A stretch of DNA of 64,000 nucleotides from a virus (IMGVR_UViG_3300001533_002283:108182-172181); one strand, 5' to 3'. Shown: positions 1-9,425, counted from the first letter of the stretch. Numbers and translations are program-made. The notes: generated by a model not told the origin, from the sequence alone.

Positions 1-423
1 TATGGGTGTAGGTAAATCACCCGTAATTCTATCTGGCCCTTTGATTGTAATTTTCTTTTTAACTTGAAATGGGACACGAAAAAAGAAAAAGTTTAGATAT
101 TTGGTTTTGTAAATAACTTCTTCCCGCTCAAAAATAAAAGAAGCCGATATTTTTTCATCCCACGAAAAAACTCCATTAGAGTAAGAAATTCCGTAATTAG
201 CTATAGTGACTTTAATATCATCGGGAATCTGTGCCCATATTAAACGCGGCATTGACACGCTGTATTTACCCTTGATATAAGCCCCTTTAATTGCCTCAAA
301 TATAAATCCAAAATCTTTCATTTCAGTCCGACCGACCCTAGTAACATACCATCCGTGCGGCCACTCGTTGGTAATTATCTTTTGTTTTTTACCTTTAAAA
401 AGATTTTTTATTAGTTTTTTCAT
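1..423 (-). CDS. Hypothetical protein, partial (MKKLIKNLFKGKKQ..., runs off window start)
   Basis: Manual translation: open frame from ATG at 423 to window edge, abutting the stop of the upstream gene. Confidence 0.6.
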   Translation of the reverse strand, partial: MKKLIKNLFKGKKQKIITNEWPHGWYVTRVGRTEMKDFGFIFEAIKGAYIKGKYSVSMPRLIWAQIPDDIKVTIANYGISYSNGVFSWDEKISASFIFEREEVIYKTKYLNFFFFRVPFQVKKKITIKGPDRITGDLPTPI

Positions 424-424
424 A

Positions 425-1237
425 TTATTTTATAATTAAATTATGCTTAAACATTTCCCGTTTTTCTAACTTACTTAACTCTGTCGCCACCTCAACCTCA
501 CGCCCCGCCTCCGCGCCCCATTGTTTCCGCCAAAAATTCCGATTGATTTCGACTCTCCGCTCAAGATCAATCCATCCGTAGTGAACTACATAGGGTAAGT
601 TTTGTTCGCGGAGAAAATTCGCAGCGGTTTCCTTAGTGGAAAAACTTGGTTCGTCAAAGTAGAGAAACGCGGGGACTAAATCCCCATAGGTGTTAAGAAG
701 TTCGCAAGAGTCTGATTTGTTGGTGTCATGCGTCCCGTCCGCGTTCTTGGAGAAGTTAACCACTCCCCGCTTTAGCCCGCGCTTGTGCAAATACCACTTG
801 GAGGTAAACGATGAAAAATGTTCTTTGTCACTGTATAGATTTACCGAAGGGATAAACGCAGCTTGAAAAATATCACTCTCTAAAACAATCTCAGAAAGTT
901 TATCCCAATATTCCAAATTATGCAACGACATCTTTTCATCAAAGTCCAGTTGCAACAAAATGTCACCCCCGCACGCCTGTAATGCGGCGTTTTTCAAATC
1001 ACCGTCAAAGGTGGGAGTAAATTGTTTTAACTCTGTCTTAATTACCCGCAATTTTGGATAATCCTTGGCTTTACCCAATAAATACTCGTAAGTCCTATCT
1101 GCATCCTCAATCGTCGCCACTACCACCTCATCCGCCCAGACGGAAAAATTATCTAGGTGTTCATCAATATTGAACTTATTAGTTTTATAATTAAAAAGTG
1201 TGGTATAAATAGACTTCTTAAAAGTGGGAATTGACAT
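425..1237 (-). CDS. Glycosyltransferase, GT-A fold (GT2-like)
   Basis: WADEVVV...D.T, KNAALQAC.GD.LLQLDFDE (DxD), later HYGW, typical of GT2 beta-glucosyltransferase-like proteins. Confidence 0.75.
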   Translation of the reverse strand: MSIPTFKKSIYTTLFNYKTNKFNIDEHLDNFSVWADEVVVATIEDADRTYEYLLGKAKDYPKLRVIKTELKQFTPTFDGDLKNAALQACGGDILLQLDFDEKMSLHNLEYWDKLSEIVLESDIFQAAFIPSVNLYSDKEHFSSFTSKWYLHKRGLKRGVVNFSKNADGTHDTNKSDSCELLNTYGDLVPAFLYFDEPSFSTKETAANFLREQNLPYVVHYGWIDLERRVEINRNFWRKQWGAEAGREVEVATELSKLEKREMFKHNLIIK

Positions 1238-1271
1238 GATTGGTTAGTATTAACCTTTTTAATGAAACCCG

Positions 1272-1793
1272 TCAAGAGAAATCTTTACGGGGCAATTCTT
1301 CCTCGCTAACAATTTTTAGTTCAAAATGATTATTGGTAACTACATCACCAGAGTATAATAAATAACCGTCTTTAATTTCGTGAATTTTATACCCATTGGT
1401 TTTAACTTTGTATGCGACGAACTCATTCATTTTATAGGTAAAAACCGATTCATACCTACAAAGTTCCACGTTAAGAATGAAATCCCTTAGTTTGTGGGGG
1501 TCTAATCTCTTATTACCACCTACCAAAACAATCAAATCACATTGAGAATGAATTGCAGAGTCGATGGCCATTTGTTCTGGTTCGTAAGGATTAGAAGAAT
1601 AAAAAACTTGATCTAGCCGGTAATCCATAAAATATTTTTCCGCCTCTTCGTCTTCTTTTTCCGTATGTGTTACTCCAATTATAACATACTTAAAGTTTAA
1701 CAAATTATGTCGGCGAAAAAGTCTCAATTCGGCGCAATTTTTACGATAAAATTCCCCAAGGGGAGAATCAATGATAAAACAAATTTTTTTCAT
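1272..1793 (-). CDS. Hypothetical protein
   Basis: 173-aa ORF in tight operon; TAACATT precedes ATG. Confidence 0.7.
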   Translation of the reverse strand: MKKICFIIDSPLGEFYRKNCAELRLFRRHNLLNFKYVIIGVTHTEKEDEEAEKYFMDYRLDQVFYSSNPYEPEQMAIDSAIHSQCDLIVLVGGNKRLDPHKLRDFILNVELCRYESVFTYKMNEFVAYKVKTNGYKIHEIKDGYLLYSGDVVTNNHFELKIVSEEELPRKDFS

Positions 1794-1797
1794 AATG

Positions 1798-2025
1798 TTA
1801 TTTTAGGCCGCGTAGTTTTTTGAAGTCAGATATTCCTTCTAGTAGGGTTTCGTCCTCAACATGATACTTATCTTTCTTCGCGTAATCCCGTTCAAAAAGA
1901 GAGATAACTTGATAAAACCTCATATCAGGATATTTCTGCCAGACCGATTCAATCTGACCTAAAACCTCCTTGATTCGGGCCGGGTCGCGGGGCGGGGCGT
2001 TGAATAGTTTTCCGGTAAAGGGCAT
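1798..2025 (-). CDS. Small conserved phage protein (YihD/DUF1040-like)
   Basis: RDPARI..VL..I..VW.KYPDMRF.Q pattern. Confidence 0.55.
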   Translation of the reverse strand: MPFTGKLFNAPPRDPARIKEVLGQIESVWQKYPDMRFYQVISLFERDYAKKDKYHVEDETLLEGISDFKKLRGLK

Positions 2026-2030
2026 GAGTG

Positions 2031-2216
2031 TTATAATTTATTTTCCTTTTCTAATTCTTCCGCGAGTAAACCGTTGACTTTTTCTTGGGATGGTTCATCC
2101 AAGTCTGATATAAGCATGTGAGTTTTTCTATCCTCCCAAACGACCCACACCACGCCCTTATTGCGAGATAATCCCTCAAATTTAATTTTGCTTCCACTTG
2201 TCGTTCTTAAGTCCAT
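2031..2216 (-). CDS. Hypothetical protein
   Basis: 61-aa first ORF of leftward operon downstream of a TTGACG box. Confidence 0.6.
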   Translation of the reverse strand: MDLRTTSGSKIKFEGLSRNKGVVWVVWEDRKTHMLISDLDEPSQEKVNGLLAEELEKENKL

Positions 2217-2227
2217 TGCGGAAGATA

Positions 2228-2290
2228 GTCACTATTTTAACTCGCCTCGTCAAGAAAAAACTTGACTTTTTGCCCTAAAAGTTTAAAGAT
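2228..2290. promoter_or_regulatory. Divergent sigma70-type promoter pair
   Basis: TTGACT 2262-2267 on + with AAAGAT at 17-bp spacing; TTGACG on - at ~2248-2253; lies at the strand switch. Confidence 0.5.
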
Positions 2291-2360
2291 TCCTTTTGTT
2301 AGCCGAGATTTCATATAAAATTCCCTATTAGCCCACCTGTCTCGGCATCCTAAAAACATT

Positions 2361-2400
2361 GAAAATCTCCCTTGGTTGACTCCTCGGGAGATTTTCTTTT
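2361..2400 (+). terminator. Intrinsic terminator
   Basis: GAAAATCTCCC...GGGAGATTTTC stem followed by TTTT. Confidence 0.65.
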
Positions 2401-2567
2401 GCCTAATTCAGTCCAACTTGAAGCCCTTTTTTGACGCAAAAATCCAACAAAACCTTGACATTCGGCCCAAATTCCAAAATACCTTACCTATGAAGATCGG
2501 AAAATTACATTACTTAGTAGGTGGTTATACCGGAAGGTATGGTGGTTGTATTTAGTATGTATTTAGT

Positions 2568-3863
2568 ATGCATGTTTCTAAGTATAGTCTTTATCAGCTT
2601 AGGGGTTCTTCTATTCCTAATCTGTCTTACTCTTCTGACCTTTCTTTCTTTAAGAGGTCTATTTGTGTTTATTGTTTTATATCGGAATCTAATCTTATTC
2701 GCATAACCGAATTTAATTGTTCTGATTTGGTAAAAATTAAATGCTTGGGTCTTTTAATGGAATTAAAGAAAAGGTCTCAGATTTACAGGGGAAATGCCGA
2801 TGCGTTAAACCGGAACGAGGGTTGGGTTACTCTGAACTCGCAAATTCTTATTGAAAATTATGGATCGAGAGATTATCCGGCGGCTATTCGGGTGTTGCTT
2901 GAACTTGGTCTAATTGAGGAAGATATTAGGTATAAAATCAGAAAAAGAAGTGAGGGAATAGAGGGTTTTTCAAAATCCTACCGCCTAACGGAAAAGGCAA
3001 AAGAGGGCCGCGCCGCTTTTTATGTAAAATACACGGGGAAAATCACCGATTACTTGAATGGCCAGAAAAAGAAAAAGGGCGGCTCAGAGGATAAAAATCT
3101 TCTAGTTGATGTTTTGATGGAAAATTTACGCTCCGTTTCTCTTTGTGATACCCCCGCAAACATTACCGAAAAATATCCTTCAATAAAAACTCACGAAAGC
3201 GCCTGTTCGTTTGATACCCTTTGCGATATTCAAAACAAAGAGTTTTACATGATTGAATGCAAGAAAAGCGGGCGGCGATTCCACAACCTGTTAGGAGTGT
3301 CCAGAAATTCGCGCAGGGCGATACTTATAGATGGTGAAAAATGCGCCGAAGTTGACTACTCGGCATGTCACCCTTGGTTATGCTATAGTTTTTACGAAAA
3401 AACCGATTCTGATGAAAAAAAGGAATATCTGGCGGCTTTGAATTATGGGTTTTATAAATATATCGGGGATGGAATCTGCGCCGACATTTCAAACGATCAA
3501 AAATACCAAGATTTCAAAATTTCTTGTATCGCGCAAATTTTTTACGATTGCCCGAGAGAAGAAGATGGGTTAAAGTTAAGATTTTTCAAATCGCGTTTTC
3601 CGAATTTGTATCACGTTATTCAGTCAGAGAAACACAAGAGCAATAGTGATTTTGCATATAAGTTGCAAAAGATGGAGGCAAATGTTATGTTTGATGGCGC
3701 ATTTTTCGGGCTTTTTAAGGAAAATATCAAAGCGGTTCCGATTCATGATGGGTTGATCTGTAAAAAAACAGATGCAGAGAGAGTTAAGTCTATCATGGAG
3801 AAAGAATTTTTCGCCATTTATCAATATTTCCCAAAGGTAGGAATAAAGGACTTGACATACTAG
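2568..3863 (+). CDS. Minimal family-A polymerase-like protein (palm/fingers only)
   Basis: GRRFH, EVDYSACHP (motif A Asp), LQKMEA, PIHDGLI (motif C); no exonuclease domain. Confidence 0.6.
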   Translation: MHVSKYSLYQLRGSSIPNLSYSSDLSFFKRSICVYCFISESNLIRITEFNCSDLVKIKCLGLLMELKKRSQIYRGNADALNRNEGWVTLNSQILIENYGSRDYPAAIRVLLELGLIEEDIRYKIRKRSEGIEGFSKSYRLTEKAKEGRAAFYVKYTGKITDYLNGQKKKKGGSEDKNLLVDVLMENLRSVSLCDTPANITEKYPSIKTHESACSFDTLCDIQNKEFYMIECKKSGRRFHNLLGVSRNSRRAILIDGEKCAEVDYSACHPWLCYSFYEKTDSDEKKEYLAALNYGFYKYIGDGICADISNDQKYQDFKISCIAQIFYDCPREEDGLKLRFFKSRFPNLYHVIQSEKHKSNSDFAYKLQKMEANVMFDGAFFGLFKENIKAVPIHDGLICKKTDAERVKSIMEKEFFAIYQYFPKVGIKDLTY

Positions 3864-4324
3864 TGTTAATTGGCAAGCATACTCTCACAATGAGTTTCCA
3901 GACATATTCAATCCCAACCAAAATCGGAAGCATTGAGTTCTATCCGATTGGGTTCTTTTGGGAGAATAAAGAGGCGGCAAGCAGGCTTTCCATTTGCTCT
4001 TATTTTAGGGACGGTTCAATTCGTCAACCAAAACCAAAAGATGATCCTGATGATTTTTTCCGCGCAGAGGCTCAATTGTATATTGATAATGTTATAAAAA
4101 CACTAAAGCGTGAAAAAAGAGTCATTTACGTTAGTTTGATTGACTCAAAGTTTGTCGCGTTTTTTGATGAAACTCTTGGCAATCCAGACTCATTTATCAA
4201 CGGAATTGGCCGTTTTATCTCTACAGGCGATATTCGCAAGTTTTGTTGTAACAATGATTTTGCCGAGTATTGTAAGATTTTGCGGCGGGAGAATGGGATC
4301 GAGATAGATTTTAAAAAAGAATAA
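3863..4324 (+). CDS. Hypothetical protein (start probably ATG ~3890)
   Basis: ORF track, operon packing. Confidence 0.65.
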   Translation: MLIGKHTLTMSFQTYSIPTKIGSIEFYPIGFFWENKEAASRLSICSYFRDGSIRQPKPKDDPDDFFRAEAQLYIDNVIKTLKREKRVIYVSLIDSKFVAFFDETLGNPDSFINGIGRFISTGDIRKFCCNNDFAEYCKILRRENGIEIDFKKE

Positions 4325-4325
4325 T

Positions 4326-4727
4326 ATGAAAGATACAAAAGAGAGTTCTTCTATTTTTTACGTGCCAAGTATTAAGTTTGGGTATTTTTATGTCTGCCCT
4401 TTGCGGGAAGAATCCTTCAACCTTGAAGACTCGGTAGAATGCCTCTTAACACCAGACATTGAGCGCATTTTGTCGCCCGCTGATTCACGGAAAACCATTG
4501 CACGAATTTTAGTAGCGAATATCATCAAGCATGCGAGAACAGTAATTAAGGACAAGAAGTTCTATATTCACTCTTATTTTAACAAAAATTTTGTATTTTA
4601 TTCCGTTGGGGAAGTAGCTTCCGAAGCTCAGGCAACAAAACTTGTTAAAGAAATTGATTCCCACCCTTCAACTTTCCCCGCAAACGAGCTGTTTTTTGAG
4701 AAAATTAAAAAATTTTCTAGTGAATAA
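4326..4727 (+). CDS. Hypothetical protein
   Basis: ORF track, operon packing. Confidence 0.65.
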   Translation: MKDTKESSSIFYVPSIKFGYFYVCPLREESFNLEDSVECLLTPDIERILSPADSRKTIARILVANIIKHARTVIKDKKFYIHSYFNKNFVFYSVGEVASEAQATKLVKEIDSHPSTFPANELFFEKIKKFSSE

Positions 4728-4732
4728 TTCCC

Positions 4733-4993
4733 ATGCCTCCCGAACTCCAATTAGCCTTCACACTTTTCTTCCTCTTCTGGTTATTGAACCATAGTTTGAT
4801 TCTCGCAAGTTTTAAGGAAAAACTTTTTGGTGTTTTACCGGAGAAAGTGAAATATGCTTTAGAGTGCCCAATTTGTATCTCATTTTGGATTTTGCTACCC
4901 ATCAACTACTTACAAAACAACCCGCTCCACTACCAACTAAGCATCCCCGCGATTGTCATGTTCCTTGAGTTGATTCGGGCAAAATTAGCTTAA
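4733..4993 (+). CDS. Small membrane protein with CxxC (DUF1360-like)
   Basis: Hydrophobic helices and LECPICISFW motif. Confidence 0.55.
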   Translation: MPPELQLAFTLFFLFWLLNHSLILASFKEKLFGVLPEKVKYALECPICISFWILLPINYLQNNPLHYQLSIPAIVMFLELIRAKLA

Positions 4994-4999
4994 CCCCTT

Positions 5000-5524
5000 A
5001 TGAGCAACACGATGTTTGACAAAGTGAAAATCGAAGGAAAACCCTACACGAAAGGCGATTGGCGAAAATATGCAGTTCACACGGACACCGAAATAAAAGG
5101 TTTCTTTGGCGATTATCGTTTTCTTTCAAATATGTGGCCGGTTAACGTCTATGGTTTTCCCTCGGTCGAGAACGCATACATGGCCGCGAAAATTGTTAAA
5201 GAGGAAAGGGATTATTTCAAGACTTGTTCGCCCTATGAAGCAAAGAAAAATTGGCGGAAGTTTAAACTGATTGATTCCACCCCTGCCGATTGGGATAATA
5301 GAAAGTTTGACGTAATGAGCAGGTTAGTTTTTGAAAAGTTTTTAGTCGATAAGGCGTTACGGGCAAAATTGCTTGAAACAGAGGATAAATACTTGGAGGA
5401 AAAAAATTTTTGGAACGACTCCTACTGGGGGTGCGACATTAAAAGGGGCGGATTTAACCACTTGGGGGAAATCCTCATGGGTGTTCGCGCGTTTTGGCAA
5501 ACTCAAACCGATATAAAACTATGA
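5000..5524 (+). CDS. NADAR (YbiA-like) family hydrolase
   Basis: F.GDYRFLSN, FPSVENAYMAAK, KF, LL.T, L.E.N.WNDSYWG, G.NHLGEILM. Confidence 0.9.
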   Translation: MSNTMFDKVKIEGKPYTKGDWRKYAVHTDTEIKGFFGDYRFLSNMWPVNVYGFPSVENAYMAAKIVKEERDYFKTCSPYEAKKNWRKFKLIDSTPADWDNRKFDVMSRLVFEKFLVDKALRAKLLETEDKYLEEKNFWNDSYWGCDIKRGGFNHLGEILMGVRAFWQTQTDIKL

Positions 5525-6126
5525 CCAATATTTCCACCTCCTCCCTCTCCTCCCTCTCCGACCTAGACTTAATCCAAGAGGTCAAAATCAACAACAATTC
5601 CACCGCAATTTCCATCCTGACCGACCGCCACAGTGGAGTTTACCACACGATTGCTAATCAATATAAGTTTAACCCCTATGTATGTTATCCCGATGTGATA
5701 AAAAATAAGGATTTTGTGGTATGGCAAGCAGCGATAAAATACGATGCGGGGAAAGGTAGTTTTGCCAATCTCGTTGCCAACATGGCGCGTTATGAGTGTT
5801 ACTCCATGATTAACGAGAGTAAAAAATATCGGGTGAACCAACGGGCGGGACTAGAAGACGCGGCGGAACTACCCCAAGAGAATGACAAAGGTGAACTCAC
5901 CCATATGGTTAGCTACATCGAGGAGATTTTACCAGACGACCCGAAAACAAAAAAGATTATCATGGACCGTTTTGTTAATGGCGGGGCAAAACCGACCCCT
6001 TGGCGCGAAGTGGCGAAGAAGAACGGGATGAGCCATTGGGGGTGCGTGTTGCGGGCGCGGGATGCAATTAAGGAGATTCAGGGAAAGATGCGAAGTGAAT
6101 TTAGAGATTTGCCAAAAATTGATTAG
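5521..6126 (+). CDS. Phage sigma-70-like factor (regions 2 and 4)
   Basis: SDLDLI, WQAAIKYDAGKGSFANL (region 2), C-terminal HTH PWREVAKK; ATG overlaps NADAR stop (ATGA). Confidence 0.7.
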   Translation: MTNISTSSLSSLSDLDLIQEVKINNNSTAISILTDRHSGVYHTIANQYKFNPYVCYPDVIKNKDFVVWQAAIKYDAGKGSFANLVANMARYECYSMINESKKYRVNQRAGLEDAAELPQENDKGELTHMVSYIEEILPDDPKTKKIIMDRFVNGGAKPTPWREVAKKNGMSHWGCVLRARDAIKEIQGKMRSEFRDLPKID

Positions 6127-6146
6127 TTTGAAAGTATATTTTCACA

Positions 6147-7229
6147 ATGATTAACGTTAATGTAGCGATCAATAATCTCTCGCTTGGCTATTGTGGTTAT
6201 CAAATCACTTCGCAATTGCTCAAACAAGGCATCTCATTTAATTTTCAAAACCTTGGTAATGAGGTAGATACGTCGTGTTATAACAAACGTGCGTTCAACT
6301 ACGACGCCACAATATCCTCAAAACTTCAATCTTTCCGCAAGAATTATTCCCGCCGCGACCCCACGTTAATGTGTTGGCATTTGAACGGAAGTCAAAACAC
6401 CATCGGCACCGGTAACCACCTCTTTACCTTTCACGAACTAGACTCCCTCACCCCCGCCGAAGTTAACGTCGCTAACAACCAAGAACAAATTTTTGTTTCC
6501 TCGCGCGAGTCGGTAGAAGTGTTTAAGGAATATGGGGTGACGGTCCCCGTTTCGTATATTCCCCTCGGTTACGACACCGACCATTTTTACCCCACGGGAC
6601 GGAAATATCTTAAAGGTGCGACCGTCTTTGGCATTTTTGGCAAATTTGAGAAGAGAAAAAACACTGCGAAAACTATTCGTGCGTGGTTGAAAAAGTTTGG
6701 TAACAACCCTGCGTATCGCCTTCACTGTTTTATCTACAACCCGTTTTTTACCGCCGAACAGAATAAAGAAATTGCGTTGAAAATTGTTGAGGGTAAGGAC
6801 TATAATAACATTAACTTCTTTGGTTACACCAAGACTCTCGTGGAACTTAACGATGCTTTTAACTGCTGCGATGTTGTCTTAGACATGAGTGGCGGGGAAG
6901 GATTTTCACTCGGTTCTTTTCATTGCGTAGGTATGGATAAACGCGCAGTAATCCATAATGTAACCGCCATGAAAGATTGGGCGATTGATTCGCCTAATGT
7001 AAAATTGGTAGAACCTTGTGAGAAAAATCCTGCCGCTGACGGGGTGTTTTTTGCAAAAGAGGGAGAGTTCAACATCGGCAATATCTACGGGTGGAATGAA
7101 GATGAATTTTTGGGCGCGCTGGATGAGATTGTAAAAATAGAGAGCGTTCCGGTTCGAGATGAATTTACCAAGAAATACTCATGGGAAAATACGGTGAATG
7201 AGATTTTAACAAAAATGGGAGTAAAATAA
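6147..7229 (+). CDS. Glycosyltransferase, GT-B fold (GT4-like)
   Basis: IPLGYD, GKFEKRKN, EGFSL motifs. Confidence 0.8.
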   Translation: MINVNVAINNLSLGYCGYQITSQLLKQGISFNFQNLGNEVDTSCYNKRAFNYDATISSKLQSFRKNYSRRDPTLMCWHLNGSQNTIGTGNHLFTFHELDSLTPAEVNVANNQEQIFVSSRESVEVFKEYGVTVPVSYIPLGYDTDHFYPTGRKYLKGATVFGIFGKFEKRKNTAKTIRAWLKKFGNNPAYRLHCFIYNPFFTAEQNKEIALKIVEGKDYNNINFFGYTKTLVELNDAFNCCDVVLDMSGGEGFSLGSFHCVGMDKRAVIHNVTAMKDWAIDSPNVKLVEPCEKNPAADGVFFAKEGEFNIGNIYGWNEDEFLGALDEIVKIESVPVRDEFTKKYSWENTVNEILTKMGVK

Positions 7230-7234
7230 AATTT

Positions 7235-7621
7235 ATGAGACAGCTAACAGATCACAAACTAAACGGGCTGAATGACGCCCTAAATATCACCGTTATTGAT
7301 GAACGCGGCGCGGGTAATGCCAATTATGTCTATGAAATCACTTTGCCTGATTGGACTAGAGACCCTGATGGAAATAATGCTCACAATATCTGGACGATCA
7401 ACTTTCAGAACGGCCCGATTAAAGAGGCTGGGTTTAACGGCGTGTCTGGTGAGGCACTATTAGCAATTCTTATAGACCAATTACGCGGATTTCAGTCGGG
7501 CGAATATGCCTGTCGGGATAACGACATGGCGTTGGCACACCTTGAAGCGGCTCTGTTTTGGTTACAAAAACGCACAAGGGAGCGACTGAATCGCGGAGTC
7601 GAGGGAACAAGTGCTAAATAA
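7235..7621 (+). CDS. tad1: Tad1/Acb2-family anti-defence nucleotide-signal sponge
   Basis: G.GNA...Y, FQNGP, L.I..D.L..FQ.G.Y.CR.N..AL.HLE.AL.WL..R...R..RGVEGT matches Tad1 over its full length. Confidence 0.8.
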   Translation: MRQLTDHKLNGLNDALNITVIDERGAGNANYVYEITLPDWTRDPDGNNAHNIWTINFQNGPIKEAGFNGVSGEALLAILIDQLRGFQSGEYACRDNDMALAHLEAALFWLQKRTRERLNRGVEGTSAK

Positions 7622-7646
7622 TTCACTTTCTCCCTAAAAATCTGTA
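7621..7646 (+). promoter_or_regulatory. Putative phage late promoter ATTC-N17-CTGTA
   Basis: One of 14 fixed-spacing copies. Confidence 0.7.
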
Positions 7647-7683
7647 TAAATTCTTTAAGGTAACTAGGTAAAATTAACACATC

Positions 7684-8118
7684 ATGGCCCTCTACATCTT
7701 CGAACACCCCCAAACTGGCGAAACTCGCGAGGTATATTTCAAGCTGGACGACAAAAAAGAGTATTTTGGCGAGGAAGATGAAGATAAAATCAAGTGGCAC
7801 CGTCGTTTCACCATTCCTTATGCCGCCTCTAACACGAAAATCTCCGACCCCTTTTCTCAAAAAGATTTTGTAAACTCTACCGATAAGAAAAATATTACCT
7901 TTGGCGAAATGTGGGATGCGAGCGCCGCCATGTCCGAAAAGCGTGCCAAAATCAATGGCGAAGACCCTGTTAAATCCCAATATTATGATAAATACGCGGA
8001 GAATCGCAACGGCTTAAAACATTTAAGAGACGGGCGGGAAAAGAAAGCGGTTCAAGAAAAGTTTGGCAAAACCAAGAAACCAAAAGCTCCGCCACAACCC
8101 AAACGCGGGCGCGGGTAA
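7684..8118 (+). CDS. Hypothetical phage protein (FmdB-like N-terminus without cysteines)
   Basis: MALYIFEHP start, basic C-terminus. Confidence 0.6.
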   Translation: MALYIFEHPQTGETREVYFKLDDKKEYFGEEDEDKIKWHRRFTIPYAASNTKISDPFSQKDFVNSTDKKNITFGEMWDASAAMSEKRAKINGEDPVKSQYYDKYAENRNGLKHLRDGREKKAVQEKFGKTKKPKAPPQPKRGRG

Positions 8119-8141
8119 ATTTAATAATATAACACCCTAAC

Positions 8142-8588
8142 ATGCCTTACTCACCCATTTCAGTTCGACAAATTAATCAAGGGGAACTTTCTGGTTTTAC
8201 CGACCAATATGTTCAGGCGTTCGCGGTGGGCCTAACCGGCAATCAGGTAATCTCCGGTCAAAAGACTTTTATCAATGTATTAGTCCCGGCGGCGGGCTTC
8301 CTCTATAACAAAAACTACGTCAATGGTAGTTACACCGTCGATCAAAACGATTATTTTATCTGTGTAAATGCCAGCGGTTCGCAAAAAACCTTAACTTTCC
8401 CCCAAACTGGTTTTCTGATGGGTAAAGAATATATTGTGAAAGACTTTCTTGGTTTGTCTCAAACTAATCCTATCACACTTACCGGAAGCGGCGTTACTTT
8501 CGATTATCAACCCTCTTTAACAATTTCTGGAAATTTCGCCTCGCTCTATCTCGTTGGTGGTAGCGGGTTTAACTACGAAGTTAATTAA
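8142..8588 (+). CDS. Small fibre/decoration-like virion protein
   Basis: TGNQVISGQKTF fibre-shaft motif; C-terminal domain paralogous to the C-terminus of 37287..38549. Confidence 0.6.
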   Translation: MPYSPISVRQINQGELSGFTDQYVQAFAVGLTGNQVISGQKTFINVLVPAAGFLYNKNYVNGSYTVDQNDYFICVNASGSQKTLTFPQTGFLMGKEYIVKDFLGLSQTNPITLTGSGVTFDYQPSLTISGNFASLYLVGGSGFNYEVN

Positions 8589-8602
8589 CTCGAATTTTCA
8601 TC

Positions 8603-8631
8603 TTGACTTTTTCTCTTAACAGGGGAATACT
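8603..8631 (+). promoter_or_regulatory. sigma70-type promoter
   Basis: TTGACT-N17-AATACT upstream of SSB. Confidence 0.55.
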
Positions 8632-8689
8632 ACAAAACGTAAACTAAAATAAACACAAAACACAATACTAACCTAAATAAAATATCACT

Positions 8690-9364
8690 ATGCCTATTGG
8701 AAACCCAAATCGAAGCGACAGTAACAAGAAAATGATTTTCGTGAATGTTATCACGAAAGACGAGAATGATATGGACGTAAAGCCCTACTTCTCTTTCAAA
8801 GCCGGAATCGGCGAAGATAAAGACGGTAAGAAACAATACGAGGAAATCGCCAAGGATAATTCCTTTAGCGGTTCGCTCGTCAAGGTTGAGCCTTACGAAA
8901 AGGAAATTAAGTCTAAGGGTATCAAGCAGCCCCGCGTTAAGGTTCTTTTTGAAGATGAAGATAGCGTCTACTATATGGATTTGAGTTATACGATTCTTTC
9001 GCGCTCTTTCTTTAACTCTCTCCTCTCCCTCAACTCTACCGAAGACCTTTCTCTTTCTATCTATCAGACTAAGCCTAATGATAAGGGCAAGGTTTATCCC
9101 CAGATGAGTCTGCGCCAAGGGGCCGCCAAGGACAACATGGTTCGTTGGCTCTATGAGCGTTCTGAACTGCCCGAGATTAAGAAAGTTAAGGTCAAGGGTC
9201 AGGAAATGAGCGATACCGAAGATGTTGATAATTTCTTCCGTGATAAGTTGAGTGAGAAGTTTGCCGAGATTAGCAAGCTGGGTGGTTCTGCACCCGCCCC
9301 AAAGGCAAAGAAGGAAAGTAAGGCTAGTGATGAATCTTTAGCAGATTCCGATCTGCCTTTTTAA
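8690..9364 (+). CDS. Single-stranded DNA-binding protein
   Basis: Beta-rich core, low-complexity linker, acidic tail ending DSDLPF; own promoter and terminator. Confidence 0.65.
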   Translation: MPIGNPNRSDSNKKMIFVNVITKDENDMDVKPYFSFKAGIGEDKDGKKQYEEIAKDNSFSGSLVKVEPYEKEIKSKGIKQPRVKVLFEDEDSVYYMDLSYTILSRSFFNSLLSLNSTEDLSLSIYQTKPNDKGKVYPQMSLRQGAAKDNMVRWLYERSELPEIKKVKVKGQEMSDTEDVDNFFRDKLSEKFAEISKLGGSAPAPKAKKESKASDESLADSDLPF

Positions 9365-9390
9365 AAAGTCTTAACCTTAAATAACAACTC

Positions 9391-9425
9391 AAAGCCGCAT
9401 GGTGATAAACCTTGCGGTTTTTTAT
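9391..9425 (+). terminator. Intrinsic terminator
   Basis: AAAGCCGCA..TGCGGTTTT hairpin plus T-run. Confidence 0.65.

Noticed and set aside
2490-2570. In-frame TAG between upstream ATG 2490 and the polymerase-like ORF suggesting amber recoding
   Set aside because: Genes throughout are intact in the standard code and TAG terminates others (3863, 6126)
5537-5560. CTCCTCCCT short repeat
   Set aside because: Low-complexity SSL coding at the sigma N-terminus; no evidence of function
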